The notes under the pieces were generated by a model that worked only from the letters and a program-made list of their open reading frames with translations, ran no database searches and had not been told where the DNA came from. The translations under genes and the position numbers were made by a program. A stretch of 40,834 nucleotides of DNA from positions 1 through 40,834 of the forward strand of contig JBBTTW010000001.1 of assembly GCA_038064055.1 (NCBI GenBank), written 5' to 3'. Source of the stretch: Patescibacteria group bacterium. GTDB lineage: Bacteria; Patescibacteriota; Minisyncoccia; Phycocordibacterales; JACOZG01. Below, one piece after another: positions 1 to 6,665 of this stretch. Each line of letters begins with the position of its first letter. The first letter of the stretch is position 1.

Positions 1-64
1 AATTTTCAAACGAAATTATTTGATGAAAAATTTCTCCTTTAGACCCCCCCCCCGACAATTTCAA
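1..64 (-). CDS. DGR reverse transcriptase, N-terminal fragment (gene runs off the left edge)
   Basis: The minus-strand frame is open from 76 to the window edge. From TTG 64-62 (or TTG 58-56) it reads (M)KLSGGGSKGEIFHQIISFEN. This resembles the G-N-L-Y/F-E-K/Q-I-x-S-x-E-N-L N-terminal signature of DGR-type RTs as I remember it. It lies next to avd and the TR. Only about 21 codons are visible and no catalytic motifs can be seen. Confidence 0.35.
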   Translation of the reverse strand, partial: MKLSGGGSKGEIFHQIISFEN

Positions 65-83
65 TCTCTCGATTGTTCATAAG

Positions 84-443
84 TTGAGAGCATTTTATCT
101 GATTGCCTACCAACTTGGCAAAAAACTACCGAAGCAAGAAAGATTTGGTCTGTGGGCTAGGGTGGAACTGACAACGATTGAAGTTTTAACTCTTTTGATC
201 GAAGCGGGATTATCGCCAAAAATTAACAAATTACCGATTCTTGAAAAAACAAGAATCAAGATCGAAATAATTAAACAGTTAATTCGTCTCGGAAATGAAG
301 CAAAGATAATTGAAGATAAAAAGTATCTTGAATTAGAAACACGATTACAGGAAATATCTAAGATGCTCGCAGGGTGGATCAAGGACACTCAAACGCAAAA
401 GGAGCCCGTGAAAACGAACTCCTTGTGGCGCGAAACTTCCTGA
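84..443 (+). CDS. avd: Avd (DGR accessory variability determinant), four-helix-bundle / 23S-rRNA-IVS-protein family
   Basis: The translation contains LPKQERFGLWARVE...LLIEA...LIRLGNEAKII..KKY..L...LQEISKMLAGWIK. This matches the Avd pattern (LPrdhkFtLG.R...A....L....R.a......y..l...l.EiGk.lGGWik). The stop codon overlaps the TR end. The start is uncertain: TTG at 84 leaves a short first helix, the frame is open back to 27, and ATG 23 is out of frame by one C of a C10 tract. Confidence 0.8.
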   Translation: MRAFYLIAYQLGKKLPKQERFGLWARVELTTIEVLTLLIEAGLSPKINKLPILEKTRIKIEIIKQLIRLGNEAKIIEDKKYLELETRLQEISKMLAGWIKDTQTQKEPVKTNSLWRETS

Positions 444-551
444 CGGATACCACCGTTCGGGTTGGCATTGCCGTGATTCGACCAGTTGACCCTGAACTTG
501 CCGTTCGCCTCGTTCCAGTTGCCGTTAGCGACGTTACCGTCGGGATCCAGA
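436..551 (-). repeat. DGR template repeat (TR), sense on the minus strand
   Basis: This 116-bp copy is the invariant member of three direct repeats. All 30 mismatches to the other two copies lie on its minus-strand adenines (31 A in total). The pseudo-frame is rich in AAC codons (DGNVANGNWNEANGKFRVNWSNHGNANPNGG). Confidence 0.9.
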
Positions 552-760
552 ATTTGCCCGATACCATCCATGTCACCAATAATCTTTTACAAAATTATCT
601 GCGTTAACTCATCCTTGTGAGCTAAGTTTGGGAGCATCCACTGGAGTCAGGATCTCCGCTAGTACCGAGCAAGCAGTTTCAATTTCCTAATGGCAAACCA
701 TTACTCGTCCCGTTAATTAGCGGACAAATTGGTTGTATTAGCCATTGGTTTATTCTAACA

Positions 761-800
761 GATAAAAGGCGGCCCGACGCAACTTACGTTGCATCGGGCC
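761..800 (-). terminator. Hairpin downstream of VR1 / target gene 1 (intrinsic terminator and/or DGR target-recognition hairpin)
   Basis: Arms 771-783 and 788-800 (ggcccgacgcaac / gttgcatcgggcc) form 13 bp with one mismatch and a 4-nt loop. On the minus strand the hairpin is followed by GCCTTTTATC. It lies about 30 nt after the stop at 827. Confidence 0.6.
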
Positions 801-826
801 AAGTGTACAAATTCTAAGTGACAAGG

Positions 827-1603
827 TTACGCCACTGCCTGACGGAGACCACCGTGCGGGAGGGCATTGCCGTGATTCGACCAGTAGACCCTGAACCTGC
901 CGCTCGCCTCGAACCAGCGGCCGCTAGCGACGCGACCGCCGGGAGCCAGAGAGGAAGTGCGAGTCCAACTATTCTTCGGGTCGAAATGTTTCGGGATGCC
1001 GAACTTCTGGGCTTCATTGGGGTGAACTAGGTTCAACCAGAAAGCGAAGGGTTCCATAATGATCCGTTGGCGGATGGAGATGAAAGACCTCTTCTCGGCG
1101 ACGGCCTGATCATAGGAGATCGGGAGATCCTGATTGGCTTCGATCACTGGCCTCACAAGGATCACCACCGCCTGATCGATTGCCTGGAGATGGGGTTCCT
1201 TGACGCACAAGGCATTAAGATCGTCACGGTACTTCCAACAAGAGAAGAATTTGGTACCGACGGTCAGATCGTAGAGTTGGTCGGCCGTAAGATCACTCGG
1301 GGTAACAACGGGAAGGGTCAAGCCAGTCGTGGGGGTGGGGAGAGTGAGACCGGTGAGTGTGCGACCACCGACCACGCGCCAGAAGTCGACCCAGTGGTCG
1401 AAGAGATGGAGCGTGAAGTCGGAGTGGGTTGGTGTCTTGGCTCTCCGTCGTTTACTCTTGCCATCTGGCCTACCATTCTGAACTAACGGATTGACGGCTC
1501 GGTAAATTTCTTCCGGATCGAGCGACCCTTCTTTCACTCGCCTAAACCAGTCGTGTTGCTGGCGAGCGAAACGTCCGAGAACGTCATCGGCGACTTCCGT
1601 CAT
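827..1603 (-). CDS. DGR target protein 1 (258 aa, no signal peptide, C-terminal variable region)
   Basis: A long ORF whose last ~39 codons are VR1. It is a paralog of 2376..3188, sharing blocks such as LPVVTPxDLxAxQLYxLTVxTxFFxCWK and ME PF.FWLN. The C-terminus ...GRVASGRWFEASGRFRVYWSNHGNALPHGGLRQAVA follows an RV..G.W....P...G.R pattern reminiscent of FGE/C-type-lectin-fold DGR variable regions. Confidence 0.85.
   Translation of the reverse strand: MTEVADDVLGRFARQQHDWFRRVKEGSLDPEEIYRAVNPLVQNGRPDGKSKRRRAKTPTHSDFTLHLFDHWVDFWRVVGGRTLTGLTLPTPTTGLTLPVVTPSDLTADQLYDLTVGTKFFSCWKYRDDLNALCVKEPHLQAIDQAVVILVRPVIEANQDLPISYDQAVAEKRSFISIRQRIIMEPFAFWLNLVHPNEAQKFGIPKHFDPKNSWTRTSSLAPGGRVASGRWFEASGRFRVYWSNHGNALPHGGLRQAVA
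835..950 (-). repeat. DGR variable repeat VR1
   Basis: Aligns without gaps to TR 436-551. All 17 differences lie at TR minus-strand A positions. Confidence 0.9.
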
Positions 1604-1714
1604 GATTGTTCTCCCTTATCTTGTAAAAGACCTTTGTTTTTATGGTCTAGAGAACGCCCCTAAACCATTGAACCAACTGCCCTATAGCCTAGCAGATTGT
1701 GATACAAAAGTCAA
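1604..1714 (-). promoter_or_regulatory. Promoter and conserved structured 5' leader of target gene 1
   Basis: The minus strand reads TTGACT (1714-1709), a 17-nt spacer, then TAGGCT (1691-1686). The leader is homologous to that of target 2 and contains hairpin 1643-1667 (8-bp stem, 9-nt loop). Confidence 0.55.
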
Positions 1715-1757
1715 GGCCACGCAATGGTTCAATGTCTTGGAAGGACTATCGTTGAAT

Positions 1758-2015
1758 TCAGCGATAAATGTCGTGGTCACCGATGTTGATGAAAGTAACT
1801 TCATCTTTCCCAGAAAAATCAAACATGATCCGGTAAGAACCGGTGATCCAGAAGGACCAGAAATTCCGATACTCACTGTGCAGTTTATGGGTATCCAGCC
1901 GAGGATCAAAAGGATTGAGGCGAAAAAGATTTTCCCGGGCTTCGACTTTCAACTTCAGGGCCAATGGTAACTTCTTATAAACTCTCCGGAAGCGCGGGGA
2001 GTAATAAATCTGCAT
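1758..2015 (-). CDS. Type II toxin, RelE/ParE superfamily (85 aa)
   Basis: The C-terminal pattern ...HKL..EYRNFWSFWITGSYRIMFDF.....VTFINIGDHDIYR is typical of RelE/ParE/YafQ-like toxins. It lies 1 nt downstream of a small partner ORF. Confidence 0.7.
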   Translation of the reverse strand: MQIYYSPRFRRVYKKLPLALKLKVEARENLFRLNPFDPRLDTHKLHSEYRNFWSFWITGSYRIMFDFSGKDEVTFINIGDHDIYR

Positions 2016-2016
2016 C

Positions 2017-2217
2017 TTACCGTAAAGCTTTGAAGGAACGGAGAACTTTTAATTTACCCTTCTTTTTGGCTTCCATATAGCCTGCGATTGCTTGATCAGT
2101 ATCTTCCTTTTCAATTAAGCGCTTTTTTTCTAATTCTTGCCAGCGCAAAAATTGAGCATACTGACTTTTAGGTAAAGTAATGGAGTTAGTTTCTTTTATT
2201 TTAACAGCTGTTTTCAT
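2017..2217 (-). CDS. Putative antitoxin (66 aa)
   Basis: A small charged ORF immediately upstream of the toxin on the same strand with a 1-nt gap. Assignment is by position only. Confidence 0.5.
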   Translation of the reverse strand: MKTAVKIKETNSITLPKSQYAQFLRWQELEKKRLIEKEDTDQAIAGYMEAKKKGKLKVLRSFKALR

Positions 2218-2305
2218 AATATATAGTTATAACATAAAATCTAATCGAGCAAAAACTCCCCGCTTCGCCTCGGCGGGACCGATTGTATTAGCCAATATTA
2301 TTTTA

Positions 2306-2345
2306 AAATAAGGAAAGCCGCTGTGCAAACAAGTTGCACAGCGGC
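2306..2345 (-). terminator. Hairpin downstream of VR2 / target gene 2
   Basis: Arms 2317-2328 and 2334-2345 (gccgctgtgcaa / ttgcacagcggc) form a perfect 12-bp stem with a 5-nt loop. On the minus strand it is followed by TTTCCTTATTT. The flank TTGTATTAGCCA is shared with the region downstream of target 1. Confidence 0.6.
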
Positions 2346-2375
2346 GTAAGGGTACAAAACACAAATCACAAGGGT

Positions 2376-3188
2376 TCAACAAACTGCCTGACGGAGACCA
2401 CCGTGCGGGTCGGCATTGCCGTGAGCCGACCAGTTGACCCTGAACTTGCCGTGCGCCTCGTGCCAGCTGCCGTTAGCGACGCGACCGACGGGAGCCAGAG
2501 AAGCCGTGCGGGTCCAGCCTTTAGGATCGAAGTGCTGCGGGATGCCAAATTGCTTGGCCTCCCGCGGATGGTCCTTGTTCAACCAGAAGCCGAAGGGCTC
2601 CATGGTGATCCGATGTCGGATCGAGATGAAGATCTTCTTATCAGCGATGGCCTGATTGTAAGACAAACAGAGGTCAGCACTGGCTTCGACCACCGGCTTC
2701 ACGAGGATGACGGGGGCTTGGTCAACGACTTGGAGGTACGACTCCTTCACCTCAAGAACATCGAGGTTGTCCCAATTCTTCCAGCAGGGGAAGAAGTTGG
2801 TATCGACAGTGAGTTGGTAGAGCTGCTCGGCCTTCAGATCTCGCGGAGTGACGACGGGGAGAGTGAAGGCTTCCAACGTGGAAGCTTCTAACCCTGATCG
2901 CAGAGCAGGAAGAACGAGGTCAGCGTCGGTGAGTGTCCGCCCACCAACAACTTGCCAGAATTCAGCCCAGCGGTCACGGAGGCGGAGGATGATGTCGGGG
3001 GGGGAGAGCTTCTTGGTGTTTTGGATAAACGGATTTCTCCGCCCCAAAATAGCCTGTACTTGCTCACCCGTCAGCTCGCCATCCACAACCTGCCGTACTA
3101 ACTCTTTCCATTGAGGGCCGGTCACAGACGCTCCCTCGACGATCATTTTGGCTTTTTTCTTTGCCATGACCATCACCTTTCTTGTCAA
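2376..3188 (-). CDS. DGR target protein 2 (270 aa, no signal peptide, C-terminal variable region)
   Basis: A paralog of 827..1603. The last ~39 codons are VR2 (...GRVANGSWHEAHGKFRVNWSAHGNADPHGGLRQAVC). Confidence 0.85.
   Translation of the reverse strand: MTRKVMVMAKKKAKMIVEGASVTGPQWKELVRQVVDGELTGEQVQAILGRRNPFIQNTKKLSPPDIILRLRDRWAEFWQVVGGRTLTDADLVLPALRSGLEASTLEAFTLPVVTPRDLKAEQLYQLTVDTNFFPCWKNWDNLDVLEVKESYLQVVDQAPVILVKPVVEASADLCLSYNQAIADKKIFISIRHRITMEPFGFWLNKDHPREAKQFGIPQHFDPKGWTRTASLAPVGRVANGSWHEAHGKFRVNWSAHGNADPHGGLRQAVC
2384..2499 (-). repeat. DGR variable repeat VR2
   Basis: Aligns without gaps to TR 436-551. All 13 differences lie at TR minus-strand A positions. Confidence 0.9.
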
Positions 3189-3275
3189 ACACCTTGATTT
3201 CTATGGCCCAGAGAACGCCTCCAAGCCATTGAACTAACTGGCCAATAACTTAGCAGATTGAGGGAGAAAAGTCAA
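3189..3275 (-). promoter_or_regulatory. Promoter and conserved structured 5' leader of target gene 2
   Basis: The minus strand reads TTGACT (3275-3270), a 17-nt spacer, then TAAGTT (3252-3247). Hairpin 3204-3228 is homologous to 1643-1667 and shows compensatory changes. Confidence 0.55.
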
Positions 3276-3304
3276 GCCCCGCTAGAGGGTCGCTCTGGCG
3301 GGGC
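3265..3304 (-). terminator. Intrinsic terminator of the 3332..4228 gene
   Basis: Arms 3276-3287 and 3293-3304 form a GC-rich stem of about 12 bp. On the minus strand it is followed by TTGACTTTTCTC. Confidence 0.55.
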
Positions 3305-3331
3305 CGGACTTAGGTTTTTACCTAGTTCTGA

Positions 3332-4228
3332 CTAATTTGAAGTCATGAAGCTGGCGTCCGGAGTGGTAACGGAATTACCAGATTGATCTTGAGTCTTAAT
3401 GTAATAGTAGTAGGTCGTGCTAGCGGTAAGACCGGAGAGGTTCACCGAACTCGTGGTGCCGAGAGTGTTGTCGAATTGCACCAATCCCCCGCCTTGGCCG
3501 ACTACTGGTGTAGTAAGAGCATAGTGGACCTTGCCAGTCGTCATCTCATTCGTGAGCCAAGTGACCACAGCAGAGGAAGTGGTGATATTGCTCACCGACT
3601 TACTCGTGATAACTGGAGCGGTCTTGTCTTTGTCGCCGCGATCATCACCGTCATCATCACCGTCATCATCATTATCATCGTCGCAATCATAACCATTAGG
3701 GCAGGTGGTTGTGCCCATCTTCTTCCAGATCCCTGGAGCATGGAGAAGTCCGGGAGGAATCTTGCCCGACTTGCCAGCCCCATTCTTTAAGATTTCGTTA
3801 ATTCTCGAGATGGTTTGACTATCTAATTGACCCGTCTCTGGGAGGCCGGCTTTCTTTTGCATCTTTCTTACTGCCTTCTCGGTCAAAGGACCGTAGTAGC
3901 CAGTGATTACCCCCTCCGGATAGATCTCTGTGTCGGTCGAAAGCAATCTTTGTAGGGTCTTTATTTCGTCATGTCTTGAGCCCTTAGACCATTGCTTGGT
4001 CAATTGGAGTTCTGTTTGTATTCCCGTCGCTTGAGCCTTCAACTCATTGAGTTTGGCTTGGAGGGTGGCAATTTCGGCATAAAGACGATTCAAGGTCGCC
4101 ATTTGCTCGGCGGTCAGGGTCGATAACGGTGTCACATTGGTGGTGACTTCAGTTAAACCAACGGCCGGTAAGATAATAATCGCTATAAAAACTGCTAAGA
4201 CAGTTGCTAGTCTCTTAATTGTAATCAT
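3332..4228 (-). CDS. Membrane-anchored/secreted protein with coiled coil, peptidoglycan-binding-like domain, poly-Asp linker and FN3-like domain
   Basis: The N-terminus is hydrophobic (LATVLAVFIAIIILPAV). The block IKTLQRLLSTD..IYPEGVITGYYGPLTEKAVRKMQKKAGLPETGQLD looks like a PG_binding_1 repeat. It is followed by a DCDDDNDDDGDDDGDD linker and a Ser/Thr-rich beta-type C-terminus (VVTWLT...YYYYI). Confidence 0.75.
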   Translation of the reverse strand: MITIKRLATVLAVFIAIIILPAVGLTEVTTNVTPLSTLTAEQMATLNRLYAEIATLQAKLNELKAQATGIQTELQLTKQWSKGSRHDEIKTLQRLLSTDTEIYPEGVITGYYGPLTEKAVRKMQKKAGLPETGQLDSQTISRINEILKNGAGKSGKIPPGLLHAPGIWKKMGTTTCPNGYDCDDDNDDDGDDDGDDRGDKDKTAPVITSKSVSNITTSSAVVTWLTNEMTTGKVHYALTTPVVGQGGGLVQFDNTLGTTSSVNLSGLTASTTYYYYIKTQDQSGNSVTTPDASFMTSN

Positions 4229-4292
4229 TTTTAGTTTATTTAATTGTTTTTAATGGTTACTGCCTGATAATTTGGGCCCTTGCCCGAGGAGA

Positions 4293-6665
4293 TTATACCT
4301 CAAGCTCCCCCCAATTGGAACCACTCGCCACCTTCACCGATAAAGGAATGGGCCAGTCAACCACCGTTTCCATTGTTTTAACCAAAATTGGCTTTATTTT
4401 CGGGATTAATTCTTCTTTCACCTCATATAAGAGCTCATCGTGGACGGTGAGGAGGAGGTGGGCGTCATTAATTAACCCCGCTTGGCGGAGAGCGGCGTCG
4501 GTCTTGATCATTGCTAATTTGATAATGTCGGCGGCTGTACCTTGGATTGGCGCATTCATCGCCATTCGCTCGCCTTCGGCTCGCAGGAATGGGAGTGGCG
4601 AACGGAGGGTGGGTAAGTAGCGCCGTCGGCCAAACTCCGTCTCGGTGTACCCTCTGGTGCGGGCGGTGGCCTTAACTTGGTCGAAGTAGTTGCGGATAGT
4701 GGGGAAGGTGGCGAAGTAACGGGTGTAGAACTCGGTTGCCGCTTCGCGGGTGGTGCCGAGATTGGCGCGAAGGGCATTAACCCCCATCCCATAGATGATG
4801 CCGAAGTTGATCACCTTAGCTTGGCGGCGCATCTCGGGCGTCACTCCCGACGGCTCGACGCCGAAGACTCGCGAGGCGACGGCGGTGTGGATGTCGCCAC
4901 CGGCGCGAAACATCTCGATGAGCGCCGCATCGCCTGAGAGCACAGCTAGAACCCGCATCTCGATCTGGGAGTAATCGAGGGCAATGAAGCGATGCCCCGC
5001 GCGAGCTTGGAAAGCTTGGCGGATCACGCCACCGAGGGAGCCGGGGGTGGGAATGTTTTGGAGATTGGGGTCGCGGCTTGAGAGGCGGCCCGTGGCCGCG
5101 CCCATTTGGTCGAAGGTGGCGTGCAAGGCGCCGTCCGGCGCCACGAGCTCGGGTAAGGCATCGATGTACGTCGAGAGGAGCTTCTGTCGTTCGCGGTAAG
5201 CAAGAATCTCGGAAACGATCGGAAATTCGGGCGCGAGTTTAAGTAACTCTGACTCGCGCGTCGAACGCGCGCCACCGGCCGTCTTCTTTAGTCCTTTGAT
5301 TGGTAGTTTAAGTTCGTCAAAGAGGATTTGACCCAATTGCTTAGGCGAATTGAGATTAAATTCGTGTCCGGCCAAAGCATAGATCTTCTGCTCTAGAATG
5401 GTCAGTTCTTGATGCATTGAGACGGAGAGGTTTTTCAGTAAGACGCGATCGAGGAGGATGCCGCGCCCCCGCGCCGCGTCGAGGATCGAGATTAGCGGCG
5501 ACTCAATCTCAGCCCAAACGCGAGTGAGGTTCGCTTTTTTAATTTCAGTTTCCAGCCAAGCTCGCGCGTGAGTGAGATCAGTCGCACCAGTAAGCTCCTT
5601 AAGGGCCGCCCAGTCGAGATGATCGCGTTCGGAATTAAGTAACCAAGCGAGAATTTGTAATTCTCGCAAGGCGCCGGCTTCCGGCTCGGGATCAGTTTGC
5701 TTACTACTCGGGAGATCGAGTTTAGAACCTTCCGTTTTTTCAATTTGGAAAAGTTTGTGCCAACGTTCTTTTAAACTTCGAAATTCTAATCGATCAAAGA
5801 GTGAATCGACTGCCGTCATCGTCACCCCCTCGCGCCAAGTGGCGCTCGGGAGACGGAGCTCGACCGGCGCGTCGCGCCGGATCGTGGCCAAGGTTTTCGA
5901 GAAGAGCGCCTCCTCTTCCCCCGCCGTGAGCAGATTGATCACTCGATCAGTGAATTTAAGTTTCTTAAAAGTCGAAACATCTTTCTTTAACACTTTATAG
6001 ATCTTCTCCACTGGGCCGAAATTAGTGATGAGGGTAGTGGCCGTCTTCTCGCCGATGCCAGTAATACCAATAATGTTGTCCGACGGATCGCCGCGGAAGC
6101 CCTTCCAGTCCGGCAAGAGTTCGGGAGCGAAGCCGAAGCGCGTCTTTACCGCCGCTTCGTCATAGAGCATAGTGTCGTTCAACCCTTTTTTAAAAGTGTA
6201 GACTTGAACGTGCGTGCCATCGACTAGTTGGAGAGTATCGAGATCGCCGGAGGCGATAATTATCTTCAAACTTTTATCTTGCTTCGCCTGCTCGGCAAGC
6301 GTGCCCACCAAGTCATCGGCTTCGAAGCCGGCTAGTTCGTAGCAAGGAATGTTTAAACCTTCAAACACCTCGCGCGAGCGCTCGATTTGCGAGACGAGGG
6401 CGGAATCAGTTGGCTTACGTCCCGCTTTGTACTCCTTATACACCGCCTTACGGAAGGTCGGCTCAGGTAAGTCATAGCAAGCAATGAAGTAATCGGGTTT
6501 GAGATCGGTCGCTAGTTTAATGAGCATCGAGACGAGACCATACAAGCCCCCCGTCGGCTCGCCAGATTTAGTGGTGAAGTCGGGTAGCGCGTGGTAGGCC
6601 CGGTGGAGAATGGCGTGGACGTCGAGGAGGACGAGGGTTTTGGATTTAATTTCCGTTTTACTCAT
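4293..6665 (-). CDS. polA: DNA polymerase I (5'-nuclease plus polymerase domains; proofreading domain appears degenerate)
   Basis: The N-terminus LVLLDVHAILHRAYHALP... is 5'-3' exonuclease-like. The C-terminal Pol A motifs are present (DYSQIEMRVLA, RRQAKVINFGIIYG, QGTAADI, VHDE). I start the gene at the internal MSKTEIK (ATG at 6665) because the longer ORF-track start overlaps tsaE. The middle region is short and lacks obvious Exo motifs. Confidence 0.9.
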   Translation of the reverse strand: MSKTEIKSKTLVLLDVHAILHRAYHALPDFTTKSGEPTGGLYGLVSMLIKLATDLKPDYFIACYDLPEPTFRKAVYKEYKAGRKPTDSALVSQIERSREVFEGLNIPCYELAGFEADDLVGTLAEQAKQDKSLKIIIASGDLDTLQLVDGTHVQVYTFKKGLNDTMLYDEAAVKTRFGFAPELLPDWKGFRGDPSDNIIGITGIGEKTATTLITNFGPVEKIYKVLKKDVSTFKKLKFTDRVINLLTAGEEEALFSKTLATIRRDAPVELRLPSATWREGVTMTAVDSLFDRLEFRSLKERWHKLFQIEKTEGSKLDLPSSKQTDPEPEAGALRELQILAWLLNSERDHLDWAALKELTGATDLTHARAWLETEIKKANLTRVWAEIESPLISILDAARGRGILLDRVLLKNLSVSMHQELTILEQKIYALAGHEFNLNSPKQLGQILFDELKLPIKGLKKTAGGARSTRESELLKLAPEFPIVSEILAYRERQKLLSTYIDALPELVAPDGALHATFDQMGAATGRLSSRDPNLQNIPTPGSLGGVIRQAFQARAGHRFIALDYSQIEMRVLAVLSGDAALIEMFRAGGDIHTAVASRVFGVEPSGVTPEMRRQAKVINFGIIYGMGVNALRANLGTTREAATEFYTRYFATFPTIRNYFDQVKATARTRGYTETEFGRRRYLPTLRSPLPFLRAEGERMAMNAPIQGTAADIIKLAMIKTDAALRQAGLINDAHLLLTVHDELLYEVKEELIPKIKPILVKTMETVVDWPIPLSVKVASGSNWGELEV

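Noticed and set aside
389-571. A 60-aa minus-strand ORF (MDGIGQILDPDGNVANGNWNEANGKFRVNWSNHGNANPNGGIRQEV...) that looks like a gene fragment homologous to the target C-termini.
   Set aside because: It is the DGR template repeat read in the target frame. It has no N-terminal body, overlaps the avd 3' end, and its Asn-rich AAC codons are what a TR should look like, so it is not called as a CDS or pseudogene.
1602-1970. A 122-aa plus-strand ORF spanning the target-1 promoter and leader and the toxin gene.
   Set aside because: It overlaps a well-supported RelE/ParE-like toxin on the opposite strand and the conserved leader. Its sequence has no recognisable family.
1067-3114. Plus-strand ORFs 1067..1486, 2334..2891, 2434..2655 and 2848..3114, plus other antisense ORFs inside the DGR target genes.
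   Set aside because: They are antisense shadows of GC-rich coding regions. No motifs were recognised, and the minus-strand paralogs explain the sequence. Similar antisense ORFs throughout polA, virB4, pcrA, comM and other genes were ignored for the same reason.
3592-3700. A tandem GAT/GAC-rich codon repeat (DDDNDDDGDDDGDD) that could be taken for a DNA-level repeat element.
   Set aside because: It is an in-frame low-complexity acidic linker inside a well-supported CDS, with no sign of an independent repeat or CRISPR-like spacing.
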